64,000 nt of DNA from the human T2T-CHM13v2.0 reference genome, Homo sapiens, in assembly GCF_009914755.1 (NCBI RefSeq), contig NC_060927.1. One strand, given 5' to 3'. Position 1 is the stretch's first letter, and the number at the start of each line of letters is the position of its first letter. Below, in pieces: positions 26,023 to 38,811 of this stretch. The notes beneath the pieces are model-generated. The model did no database searches, was not told where the DNA came from, and was given only the letters and a program-made list of their open reading frames with translations. The translations under genes and the position numbers were made by a program.

Positions 26023-26206
26023 TTTATATATATTTTTTATTATACTTTAAGTTCTAGGGTACATGTGCACAACATGCAGGTTTGTTACGTTTGTATACAT
26101 GTGCCATGTTGGTGTGCTGCACCCATTAACTCATCATTTACATTAGGTATATCTCCTAATGCTATCCCTCCCCCCTCCCCCGACCCCACACACTGGGGCC
26201 TGTTGT
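26023..26206 (-). mobile_element. Very short L1PA (PA3-5-like) 3' end with 5' inversion
   Basis: TTATTATACTTTAAGTTCTAGGGTACATGTGCACAAC...; TSD TTGTTT(C/T)ATTAATCTTT at 26006-26022 and 26203-26219. Confidence 0.92.
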
Positions 26207-26474
26207 TTTATTAATCTTTCTCTTAACTACAGTTTTAGATGACAGTGAGATTCAAATCTTTGAGTAGTTTGAGGGTTTCCTTTTTCCTTTAAAACTTCTA
26301 AAGCACATAAATTCCAACATGAAAGATCCAAAAAAAGCAATATAAAAAAAAAACAGCTTAGCAAGCTTGGAATTTCTTTGGGTTAAAGGAACCATAACAT
26401 TGTTATTTTCAAACTGGGTTCTTGCATCACTTTGTTGGGAAAGAGGATCTCCAAAACATGCACATAACACAAAT

Positions 26475-26491
26475 ACACACACACACACACA
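26475..26491. repeat. (AC)n microsatellite
   Basis: Direct observation. Confidence 0.85.
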
Positions 26492-26982
26492 AACTTTATT
26501 TCAAACTCAAATTTAGGGAAAGTCTTTGCATGGCATTTAGATTTCATTGTAAGGAAATGTTCTCATAGTTAATTTTCTTTTGTTTTTATTTGAATTTAAA
26601 ATGAACTTTCTATTTGAAATATCTTGCATTTTGCTAATTTGATGTTGAACAGAATATTTTCAAAGTGATTAATTCAACATATTCTTCTAAGTTAAAACCC
26701 TTCTGACTTTCAAAAAAATTCTTCTTTATTTTTTCATAAGCTCCTTTTACATATTTTGCTGAGCTACATTCACACTGAGTTTCTGGAGGAATGTCACTAT
26801 GAACACAAGATACACCTGCATATGCCCATTTGGATTTCTTCGTGTGAAGCAGAAGCCCTCTGGCCCCACCAGTCAAGACCACAGCTAGATGGCTACTTTT
26901 TTGAATGAGCTGAACTCAGTAGAAAGGAAAGACAAAAGGGTCATTGCTCTACAGTGTTCATTCCTGCTACGATCAATCCCTT

Positions 26983-27287
26983 TTTTTTCTTTGAGACAGA
27001 GTCTCGCTCTGTCGCACAGGCTGGAGTGCAGTGGTGAGATCTCGGCTCACAGCAAGCTCTGCCTCCTGGGTTCACGCCATTCTCCTGCCTCAGCCTCCCG
27101 AGTAGCTGGGGCTACAGGCACCCACCACCATGCCCCGCTAATTTTTTTTTTTTTTTTTTTTGTATTTTTAGTAGAGATGGGGTTTCACCATGTTAGCCAG
27201 GATGGTCTCGATCTCCTGACCTCGTGATCTGCCCACCTCGGCCTCCCAAAGTGCTGGGATTACAGGCATGAGCCACCGTGCCCGGCC
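26983..27287 (-). mobile_element. AluY SINE
   Basis: Y-diagnostic GTTCACGCCATTCTC, TTAGCCAGGATGGTCTCGATCTCCTGACCTCGTG; TSD GATCAATCCCTT (26971-26982, 27288-27299). Confidence 0.96.
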
Positions 27288-27429
27288 GATCAATCCCTTC
27301 TATCTATGTTGCTATACCCAAGTAACTGCATAATCTGAGGGCTGAGAACCAGGGCTAAGTAAGATAAAGGCTTGGGAGCCTAGGAGTTACAGAAAAGGGC
27401 CTGGATTGGAACAAAATTAGCCAATCTAA

Positions 27430-27955
27430 GGTCATATAATGTCAAAAGCTCAGTCTTTGAAGTTAGACCTATGTTTAAGATCTAGCCACACAATTTAGTG
27501 GGTGTTTAATCTTCAAAAAATGTACTTTGTTTCTCTGGCCTGAACTATACAATGGGAATAATAATGGCCCTACCTCAAAGGCTTGTAAGGATCAAAAGAT
27601 ATGATGATGTAAGGCGCTATACAGTTTGAATGTTTGTCCCCTCCAAAACTCATGTTGCAATTTAATTGCCACTATAACAGTATTAAGAGATGGGACTTTT
27701 AAGAGGTGATAAGGCCATGAGGTCTTCACTCTCATGGGTGGGGTTGGTAACTCTTGGCCTCTCTTGCCCTTCCACCTTCCACTATTGGATGACAAAGCAA
27801 GAAGGCCCTTGTCTAATGCCAGCCCCTCAATCTTGGACTTCCCAGCCTCCAGAACTGTGAGAAAATTAATTTTGTTCATTATAAATTACCCAGTCTGTGG
27901 TATTTTGTTATAGCAGCGCAGAGCCAATAAGACATAAGGCAACTAGCATACAAAG
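27430..27955 (+). mobile_element. MIR interrupted by the MST LTR
   Basis: ATGGGAATAATAATGGCCCTACCTCAAAGG...GATGTAAGG|LTR|CAACTAGCATA. Confidence 0.65.
27615..27934 (+). mobile_element. MST (ERVL-MaLR; MSTB/MSTD-like) solo LTR
   Basis: GTTTGAATGTTTGTCCCCTCCAAAACTCATGTTG start, TTGTTATAGCAGC...TAAGACA end, 5-bp TSD TAAGG. Confidence 0.9.
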
Positions 27956-27979
27956 CATGAGTTAAGCTTTCATTGATTC

Positions 27980-28180
27980 AGTTTATAGACGAGGAAATGG
28001 ATCTCAGTGAATGCTCAAAAAAGTCCCATGAGGTAGGCTCCATTGTAACCATCTCTGTTTTATAGATAAAGAAACCAAAGCACAGAGAGTTTGAGTAGCT
28101 TGCTCAAGAATATAGCCAGGCAGGGCCAGAGATATAATCTAAACCCAGGCAATCTGGCTTTGGAATCTCTCTTCCTAACC
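27980..28180 (-). mobile_element. MIR fragments
   Basis: TTTTATAGATAAAGAAACCAAAGCACAGAGAG...AAACCCAGGCAATCTGGC. Confidence 0.75.
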
Positions 28181-29219
28181 AGAGAAAGATAGATTGGATA
28201 AGCAAAATATCCAGTTTTTTCTGTTCTTGGATTGGTTTGCTACACAACACTGCCTTTCATAGTTCTTTGTTGAAATGAGCGTTAAGATAGTGATTGAAAT
28301 TAGTCACTAGATGGAAAAGTGGAAGACATAGCAACAATGATGCCCGACAAAATCTAGCATTAGGATCCAAACAGGCAGAACTTGCTCTTATGTCCGATAT
28401 GCCCATAGAAAGATAGACATCAGACACTAGGACAAGAACCAGGAAAGATGAAGAATGTAGGAGGGAACCAGCTGCTGTCTGGTGTCTAGTGTTCATAGAG
28501 CAACGCTTCAAAGCAGGGTATAGAGATGTAGCTAACACTTCCACTACAGGCTATAGAGTGCCAGTTCTCCCCTTCATTGCCCTAAACTCTAAGTTTAATT
28601 GGTGAGGGAAATAACATGGTGCACAAAAGACAACCACAGACCATAAAGAAAGAAAAATCAAAGCAAGAACAAGCACCATCTATTTCCAGGGCACCTCCCA
28701 TAAAGTAGGATGGATTTGTTGAGACCTCTCTCATAATCAGCAGGGTATTTTATACTTTTTTCCTATTGATGGACACTTGATGATGGTTATAGACTTAGAA
28801 TATCAGTCTGGATACACTTTGCTGATTTTGCTTAACAGAAGCATGACTCATGGTTCCAGATTAAACAGAAAACATTATGCTGGTCAAAGGCTTCTTTTTT
28901 TTAGACCTCTAAGGGTCTGCACCCTTTTGCATAACCTCTACTTAAACGGCCCTCTCCTTAAACTGGGCGGTAGCTTGACATTGTAAATTTGTAATTAAAC
29001 TTGCTTATACTATAATTCTGACGTCTCAAAAGTTTATTTCCAACAATGGACTACTGGAGATATGATAAAACAACCCTACGATTAGGTTGTATCTGGTTTC
29101 CCTCATATTGTAAAGTAGGTGTTGAGATTCTTCCATGATTACCTGCAAAGGGCCTAGAGAAACAGCAGCCCTTCAAACAGATCATCTTTATCTAGTTTGT
29201 ATTTATATCAATGCTGTTT

Positions 29220-29296
29220 TTCATCCTCTCCTTTCCTCTTTTCTTTCCTCTTCTCCTCCTTTCTTCTCCTCCTTTCTTCTGTTCTCTCCTTTCCTC
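29220..29296. repeat. CT-rich low-complexity polypyrimidine tract
   Basis: ~75 nt almost entirely C/T. Confidence 0.8.
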
Positions 29297-30989
29297 ATGC
29301 CTTTCCAGATGGGACTCACTAAGACCATCAACCTATTCCCACATGTTTTTTCCTGTTCCTGATAGGGCAAACAAGCTGTGGCCAATCAGCACCAATACCA
29401 GGGACAGCTCCTTTCCCTAGGGCTTCCCCGTCAGGTTAGGTTCCCAATTGTGATTTTTATTGCAAGGCTGACATTTGTAGCTAGAAGATTCTTCAATCTC
29501 CCACCCTCATTGTAGTTTTTAATACCAGAGTCTGGCTGAAGCATTAAGTGTATCTGCTGCAATATTTTCTTAGCTCTCAAGGTCTAGTGGTAGATAAATG
29601 GAGACAGCAAAGGCTCACAGGAAGCATATTTGATCACAGTCCAGTCTAAAGTCAGCATTCACAAATCAGACTCTACTGGCATTTGTGAAGGGCCAAGTCT
29701 CAGATGGATGCTTAGGTACATTCGGAATCATGGAGGGTATGGTATGGGTGAGGAATAATATAACCTCTGCATCAGTATTTCAGGGTCCCTTCTGGCCTGA
29801 GTTGAACTTGCTAGGCTGGGCTCCTGAAACACCTCTTTGCTTTTAGGGCCTCAGCAAGCTCTGTTGATGCCTCCACAAGCTCTCACGAGTGGCAGCACTG
29901 TTCAGACAGACCTAACAAGCTTTAAATGGCAATTCTAGTATAATTTTAGCACATTTCATGACATAGCCCATGTGCTCTGGGATATTTTAGACAATCGCTT
30001 GGAGTTCCAACTCAGGTTCATATGTTCTCTGTAGGCATCCACAGAGACTGAGTTGGAATATGGTTCAGAGACAAGGACTGTTACATTTTGGGGAGTCAGC
30101 GTGCCCTGGAGGAAACTTATAGAGCCAATTAAGTCTCTTCAGGGAAGCCACATAAGGTACTCTTGTCTGGGAAAGCAGGTTCCCCCAGATCTAATACAGA
30201 GTACTGATTTATTACAGAGTAGTCCCTATATTCTCCAACCTACCTGATCTAACTCACAGAGAAATTTATGACCTATATTAATGGAATTTCAAGCACATAT
30301 TTTTCCCATGTGTTATCAGAGTAATAAAACATTTGAGGATTCTTTTCATATTTCTCATGTGGGGGTCTAGCACCTCAGCATATATTTCTAGGAAGAAATA
30401 AGCAAGAACAGTTGGTATGAGTTTTCTAAGCTAAAAAAAACTTTCTACAACAAATAACTTTCTGAGATTCAATATGTTCAGCTGTGACTATGCCAGAAAG
30501 TTCTAAGTAGGCAGCTTGACACTTGCCCTTAAGTTCAGTGAGCATGTTTCAAGGAATTCAGAAAATGAGAAGCTGGGTACCTCAGCTCAAGAGAGCTAAA
30601 TGAGTTTGTAGTTATAGGCTCAAAGACACTGGGCTGCTAGTGGTATGAGTGTAGCTATAAGAGTGGGCCATCTTTAAGTTGAGGAGACACATTTATCAAA
30701 CTCTTGAACTCTAAGGAGCCACTGGATTGTCCTGACCTACATAAATGTGATTTTAGAAAGAGTTAACGTTGCTAGTGGATCAAGACATTTTGCAGGAAAC
30801 TGTGTCAACTCCTTGAGGGGAGGCCTTTGTCTCTGTTGTTTACTATTGAATCACTAGATCCTATAACATGCCTGGCAAGAATATGTATTAACGGATTGGT
30901 AAGGGAATCCAGAACACAATTAAAATGCCCAATAAGCTTGACATATATGGCCAAAGGAGGCTTAAAGCTTCAGGAGAGCCAGATATGGC

Positions 30990-31150
30990 CTGTTTCTCAG
31001 GATACTTTCCGAGTATTAAGATCATTCAGGAAGCTTGTTAAACTGAATATTCTCAGACCTCTGCCCAAAGCTTCTGATTCAATATATCTCCTAGAGTGGG
31101 GCTTTAGAATTTCTTTTTAGCAAGCCTCCAATGAGGTGAATTTAAAGTGG
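30990..31150. mobile_element. MER5A-like hAT-Charlie element
   Basis: GAAGCTTGTTAAA...CTTCTGATTCAAT...GTGGGGC...TTTTAGCAAGC. Confidence 0.6.
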
Positions 31151-31831
31151 TTTGTAATTTGAGATGTACCAAACTAATCTCTCCAAAAATGTGACTGGTC
31201 CCTAGTCCTAGAACTAGGAGCATAATTGCATTGGTCTTCATAGGAAATAAATACAGAGCACTGGCTAGCTATCTTCGGGCCATCTCTAGAATAGCCTTGT
31301 TCCCTGGGAACACCCAGAAGCCCAAGTCTAAACTCAATCAAATACTCAGAGAACCTATATTGAAGGGAGTGCTTCAAATAGAGGTAGAAAGTGTGAATTT
31401 TTCTAAACATTTCAGTTTTAAGGCAGTCATTTCGATGGTGGAAGTAATAGATAGTATCTTATTCCATCCTGTGTCTCACAGGACAATTTATCTACAATTT
31501 CTAGGCATTCATAATAATATTATGCTAGTTTCATATGTACACGTTCTCTTGATGATGAGAGCTTGGTCTGGGCTTCATTATATCCAACAAAATTAACTGA
31601 AATGTAATAGATATTTTACAAGTATTCCAGAGGTGCCATTTTGACTGTATATGGCAGAAGACACACATTACCCTAGTACTAAATTCACCCACTTCTGTTT
31701 GATGAGAGAGCAGAAGTAAAACGTGTCTAGGAAATTTTAGGAGCGACCCAGAAGCTACAGAGATCCCAGTAGATGAGAAAGACCTCTCTTTTCAAGAACT
31801 TTTTTTTTCCTATGGAAATGGAATTTCCTGA

Positions 31832-33847
31832 TTTTTCTTCAACTTTTATTTTAGGTTCCTGGGGTACATGTGCATATTTGTTACATGGGTAAATTGCGTG
31901 TCACTGAGTTTGGTGTACAAATAAATGATCCTGTCACCCAGGTTGTGAGCATAGTACTTGAAAAGTAGTTTTCAACCCTTACTCCCCTCCTACCCGTACC
32001 CCAGGTGGTCTTTAGTATCTATTGTTCCCATATTATGTCCATGTGTACTCGATGTTTAGCCCCCAGTTATAAGTGAGAACCTGTGGTATTTGGGCTTCTG
32101 TTCCTGTACTAATTCACTTAGGATAATGGCTTCCAGCTTCATCCATGTTGTTGCAAAGGACATGATTTCATTCTTTTTATGGCTATACAGTAGTCCATGG
32201 CACATATGTATGACACTTTCTTTATCTAGTCAACCATTGATGGGCATCTCATTTGATTCAATGTCTTTGTTATTGTGAATAGTGCTCCAGTGAACATACA
32301 AGTGCATGTGTCTTTTGGTAGAACCATTTATTTTCTTTTAGGTATATAACCAGTAATGGAATCACTGGGTCTAATTGTAGTTCTGTTTTAAGTTTTTTGA
32401 GAAATCTCCAAACTGCTCAGCCCCTGTGGAAAACAGTTTGGAGATTTCTCAAAGAACTTAAAACAAGCTTGCATTCCCACCAACAGTGTATAAGCGTTCT
32501 CTTTTCTCCACACTCACCAACATCTGTTTTTTTTTTCTTTCTTTTTTTTTTTTTTTGGCTTTTTATTAATAGCCATTCTGACGGATGTGAGATGGCATCT
32601 CATTGTGGTTTTGATTTTCATTTCTCTGATGATTAGTGATGTTGAGCAGTTTTTCATGTATTTGTTGGCCATGCGTATGTCTTATTTTGAGAAGTATCTG
32701 TTTAGTCCTTTGCCCATTTTTAATTGAATTTTTTGTTTTTTACTTGTTCAATTGTTTAAGTTCCTTACAGACTATGAATGTTAGACTTTTGTTAGATGCA
32801 CAGCTTACAAATATTTTCCTCCATTCTGTAGGTTGTCTGTTTATTCTGTTAGCTTCTTTTGCTGTGTAGAAGTTCTTTAGTTCAGTTATGTCCCACTTGT
32901 CTATTTTTGTTTTTGTTGCAGTTGCTTTTGGAGACTTAATCACAAATTTTTTGCCAAGGTAGATGTCTACAAGGGTATTTCCTAGGTTTTCTTCTAGGAT
33001 TTTTATAATTTTAAGTCTTATATTTGAATCTTGAGTTATTTTTGTATATGATAAGAGGTAGGGGTCCAGTTTCATTCTTCTGCATATGGTTAGCCAGTCA
33101 TCCCAGTACCATGTATTAAAAGGAGAGTCCTTTCCTCTTTGCTTGTTATTATCAACATTGTTGAAGATCAGATGCTTGTAGGTGTGTGATTTTATTCCTG
33201 GTTTGTCTATCCTGTTACACTGCTTTGTATTTTTATATCAATACCATACTGTTTTGGTTACTGTAGCCTTGCAGTATGGTTTAAAATCAGGTAGTGTGAT
33301 GCCTTGGATTGCTTTGCCTAATTAGGTTCTGTTTTGGTTTTATATGAATTAAAATAGATGTCTCTAATTAAGTGAAAAATAACATTGTTAGTTCATAAAT
33401 TGCTTTAGGCAGTATCGTTATTTTAATGATATTGATTCTTCCAATCCATGAGCGTGAGATGCTTTTCCATTGGTTTTTATCATCTATGATTTCTTTCAGC
33501 AGTGTTTTATAGTCCTCCTTGTAGAAGTCTTTCACTTCCCCGGTTAGACATATTCCAAGTATTTTGCATGTGTGACTATCGTAAATAGAATTGTCTTCCT
33601 GATTTGGCTCTCAACTTGAATGTTATTTGTGTGTAGAAATGCTACTTATTTTTGTACATTAATTTTTGTATCCTGAGACTTTACTGAAGTCATGTATTTG
33701 TTCCAGGAGCCTTTTGGTGGAGTTTTTGGGGTTTTCTAGGTATAGAATTATATCATCAGTAAAGACAGATAATTTAACTTCTTTTTTTTTCCTATTTGAA
33801 TGCCTTTTATTTCCTTTTCTTGCCTGATTGCTCTGGCTAGGACCTCC
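31832..33847 (-). mobile_element. 5'-truncated L1 (L1PA15/16-like)
   Basis: 3' UTR complement TTCAACTTTTATTTTAGGTTC...GTACATGTGCA; minus-strand ORF2 remnants ([20 protein letters not shown]). Confidence 0.92.
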
Positions 33848-34483
33848 TTTAGAAATCTTTACTGAAGCATTACATCTGCAGCTGGACAAGGCATGGCATA
33901 GTCACATATGAGTTCTTTCTGTAGGAAGCCATTAACTTATTATAAGGTAGGAACTGTACAGCACGGTGATTGTAATCCTAGACTTTTTACTCAATAAACT
34001 CCTAGGAGATTCCAGAAATAATACCTAGGGAAAGAAGTTTAGTCTGCAGCAATTGTACTAATAATTTTAACATTTTCAATGTACCCAGTGATAACTCCTC
34101 GTTATATCAAAATTACTTGAGGTAATGGTGTCTTTGAATGCTTTCATAACTCAGTCGGGTTCCAACATGAAGCCTCCTATAACCTTGCACATGAAGAGAA
34201 AGGAAAAGAACTAGTGGAGATGTGATTTTTGGAACCTGACTAAATACAGAGAAGGTCTCGGCCAGAGCAGCTGAACATATGTAATATTTTAGTATACGGT
34301 GTGTAGAGGTCAAGTGATATCCTGACAAACTTGACTGCTGTTTGATGTTTTTGTGAGCCCAGAAAGAGTAAGTACATGGATCTAGAGCTCAAGAATAAAG
34401 CCAGGAATCCATTTTTTTGTTGTTGTTGTTCTGCAAATTGCTTTATTCTCTTAACTCAAATGTGTATATTCCTGAAAAGCCAC

Positions 34484-34762
34484 ATTTTATTTATTTTTTT
34501 ATTTTTCTGGACTTAGAGGTACAAGTGCAGTTGTGTTACATGCATATCTTAGATAGTTGTGAAATCTGAGCTTTTAGTACACTCATGATCCTGATAGTGT
34601 ACATTGTACCCCACAGGTGACATTTTATCTCTCACCTCTCTTCCAATCTTCCAACATCTGGTGTTTCCAATATCTATTATTCCACTCCATATGTCCATAT
34701 ATACCCATTGTTTAGCTCCCACTTATAAGTGATAACATACAGTTTTTAATTTTCTGTTTCTG
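34484..34762 (-). mobile_element. L1PB-type 3' end fragment
   Basis: GGTACAAGTGCAGTTGTGTTACATG...TTTAGCTCCCACTTATAAGTGA. Confidence 0.85.
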
Positions 34763-34868
34763 CAGAGGTCGAATTAATTCCTTATTTAATCCACAAGACA
34801 AAGATCAACTTCTAAAATCTGATGGGGCCAAGAAATTTCCTGAAAATCACATGTGGATTTGGAGGGCC

Positions 34869-35318
34869 TATCAATCAATTATCGCTACAATAATGCTGCA
34901 TAACAAAATCTACTAAACATTATTGGCAAACAACAATAAGCACTTATTTAGCTCTTGCAGTGCAGGTCTACTAGAGGTAGCTAATCCCAGCTGGACTTGA
35001 CTGAATACTTACCCCCCACCCCACCCCCATATGTCTCTCAGCTTTCTCTTAAGACTAACAGACTAGCCTGGGAATGTTATTCTCATGGATTGCAGAAGCA
35101 CAAGACAGCAAGTCGATACACACAAAGTCTCTAGGGCCTAGGTTCATAACTGGCACCCTAGACTTGCATCTAATTCTATTGGCCAAAACAAGGCTTGTGA
35201 CCAATCCCCAAAGTCAAGGGTGAGGAAATAAACTGTAGCCTTTTAATGAGGGAAACTGAACAGTCACATGGCAAAGAAGATGAATATAGGGGAGAGAATG
35301 GAATTGTGATCTGCCACA
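34869..35318 (-). mobile_element. MLT1 (ERVL-MaLR) LTR
   Basis: AATAATGCTGCATAACAAA...CTATTGGCCAAAACAAG...GTCACATGGCAAAG...ATCTGCCACA. Confidence 0.75.
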
Positions 35319-37114
35319 GAGGTGGTCAACAAGCAGACCAAATAACAAGCAGACGATAAATGGGACTTCTGTACAGATATGAAGATGACCAGCAGACCCG
35401 TCATCTTAGGCCAAGGCTACTTCTGCAAAGTGTGCTCCCTTTATGTGATAGTTGGCCTTTGTTACTATTGAATCCACAATAAGAATAATGAATATTGAAT
35501 CAAATCTACTCTGGTCAATACATACCTTCTGAAATAGCTCTACAAAAATGAAATGAATACTCATTCTTCCCCTTAAATACTATTCTTTAGATTTACTAAG
35601 CATATCACTAATACTTATGAATAAGTAAAAATATCCAAAGTAGTTTATAAATCCCATATTATTTGGACACAGAGTGGTGCTCACTAGTTATTCCATAATA
35701 ACTAATGGGGAAGAGATAACCTCTCATAGTCTTTACCAAGCTTTAATGATTTGACCATCTGGGTGTAGATAGCATGAACTTCAAAATTTCTCTTCAGAGA
35801 TTTCTAAATGTATTAAATTCTCAGTAGGCTTGGCAGTAATTGTAGATTGTGTTATGACTATCAAGTGAGAAAGCTAGGTCCACCCATCTGCTACTTAGGA
35901 ATTACAATAACATTAAAAGGAATTCGATAAGGCTTTGGCAACTTAACTATGTCCTTGCATTTTGAAGAGGGTGTGAATCCATTCAAATTACCCTCCCTGG
36001 TGATAGTGAAAATATTTTTTAGAATCAGAGAGATTAACACAACATTTGCCATTTATTTGATTTTTGGATCATACTTACAAGATTGTCATCTGTCTTCACA
36101 AACTTTCTTGTTTGTTTTTCAAGTGTCTTGCCAGAGTATTTTATCTCAGAAAATTTAACCACATGCAACTCAGCAGCTGTTCTTAGTTATTATCTTCAGG
36201 TTAAATCAGTACACACACTATAAACTAAAACTTGCCCTGCATGTTTTGTTTTTAAAGTTAGCAAGTGCATTCACAGCTTTGAGACTTGTATTCCCTCTCC
36301 CAACCCCCAGCATTTCCAGCATTCTCCAAATCAGGATGTTTCAAGGAGTATCAATAAGTCATCATACTTGAAAAAGTGAATATATTTTTCAAAATATAAA
36401 CACCATTAAGAAAAAGTAAGATGCATATTACTTTGGTTGCCTGGATTGTCAATGACTGCTACTGGAAAATGTATCTGCCTATTTAACCATAGTCTCACAA
36501 AAGCATATAAATAAATAAACACATTTAGACATGATTGAATAAAACCCCATTCACTAGATAATCCCCTTTATTTTTCTAAATAAGGTATGCCATCTAGCTT
36601 CCAGGGAAAGAAATAATACTGCAAAAGATTCTTCCTCTAAGATGACTGCTAGGCAAATGTAAGCTTTTTCCATTTAGGAAAATCATGTGAGGGCTTTTAA
36701 GACATTTTAATACTTTTCAAAGTGAGAAATTAGGGCACCAAAAGTTTCCACTGATAGGACATTGTGAATGCACAACTGGATGTCATAGCTATAACATGAA
36801 CTCATCACCTCATGTAGCTGCTGCCTCGACCAGTGACTTTCAAACATTTCTGACAATGACACACAGCAAAATACACATTTAACATCACAACTCAGTACGC
36901 ACATACTCATAACCTCAAACATACACACATACATGAATCAACAGTTTTAGGAAATGGTGCTTATCTTCAGTATATAAGATATACCCTGATACTTTGCTTC
37001 TGTTCTATTTCATTATGTTTTCAAATGCTGATGGTGATGCACTGAAAATGATTGCATAAACTACTAACAGACTGTGATGTACTGTGTAAACTTTGGAGAA
37101 GTTGAAACTTAAGA

Positions 37115-37770
37115 GATGTCCAAGTTCAGATTTCCTGGAAATCAGACCCCATGGTAAGGTTTTAGTGTTGGGGGGCTTTATCTCAGGAAAGCAAGAGTAA
37201 AAGGAAGAGTGAGTCAGGCAAAACGAAGATCACATATAAAATGGTGCATTATTCAGCTGGCCACAGCTTTATAAGAACAAACAGCTGGTTGCTCAGTCAC
37301 AAGGGAGGGACATCCCCAGAGTGGCCACATGGCACCATTACATCCTAGAAGAGTCCTTTGTAGAGGGTGGATGAGGAAGGGCAAGCTATTGACTACTAGC
37401 TCCTTCTCATCTGCAGTCTCTCATTGGTCAAACTTCATCCCAACTCAACTCCTTTCCCCACTATTTCTAGATTGCATCACTCAGTCCTTCTGGGCAGAGA
37501 CTCCTCAAATGAGGTGAGACCTGTGCCAAGGCTCACCTTGGAAACACCTGCCCTTGGAAACAATGCCAATGGCCAGGTTTTACCCTCAAGGGAGGCTGAG
37601 ACAACCTAAGATTAGGGACTGGTCATACAGCTAGTGCTTATGACCTTAGAAATGACCTTAGAAATGACACAACCTGTCACTGTTCTCTAGCTAGGAAAAG
37701 GGACAAGCAGCTAAGGCTCAGGAGTCACGTAGGGCTGAGCACATTTGGGGATGCCCAAAATTAGGGCCAC
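37115..37770 (-). mobile_element. LTR16-like (ERVL) LTR
   Basis: GTCCAAGTTCAGATTTCCTGGAAATCAGACCC...TTCAGCTGGCCAC...CTCATTGGTCAAACTTCA. Confidence 0.55.
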
Positions 37771-37779
37771 TATTTGGGA

Positions 37780-37930
37780 AAAAGCACAGATCTTGGAGTT
37801 GAATGCTCCTAGATTCAAATCCTCACATCTCTACTTCCCAGCTATGTGAAATCTGTGTAAGCTGCTTTACCGCTTTGATGGATGATACTAATATCCTTGC
37901 AGAGCTGCTATAAAAGCTAGAGATAACATG
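37780..37930 (+). mobile_element. MIR SINE
   Basis: AAAGCACAGATCTTGGAGTT...TTCAAATCCT...CAGCTATGTGA. Confidence 0.7.
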
Positions 37931-38489
37931 ATTTCCTCCAGAAAGGTCTTTCCTTTCCTAGATTTATATCCAGTTTATTATAGTTTATATTTTTATGCTG
38001 GCATTTTTTTTCCTTTCTTCTGTTAATTAATGCAATTAAATAGGCAAACTTTTATTTCTGGTATCAAAGGAGAAGTTTTCAGTTTCACCATTAAGTTTTA
38101 TTTCTGTAATAAGGTTTTGTTAGTTGCTTCTTTCCAAGTTAAGTTCTTTTTTATTTCTAGTGTTCTGAATTTGTATCATGAATGTATTTTGAGTTTTATG
38201 AAATGATTTTCAACATCTATTGACATATTGCTTTTTGCTTTTATCTGTCAATATGGAGAAAACTATTGACTTTTCTAATGTTTCTTAAAAACTTTTCGTT
38301 CCTGCAATAAACACAACTTCAGTATAATGCATTATTCTTTTCATATATTGCCGGGTTGGCTTTGAGAATACTTTGCTTAAGATTATTTTTATCTATGCTC
38401 CTAAATAAGATTTGCCTTGAATTTTCCTTTCTTGTACTGTCCACATTTGGTTTTTGGTATCAAGGTTACAACAGCCTCATAAAATGAAT

Positions 38490-38811
<322 letters not shown>

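Noticed and set aside
36700-37100. Possible hAT-Charlie remnant
   Set aside because: The resemblance is too degraded to call without a Dfam search.
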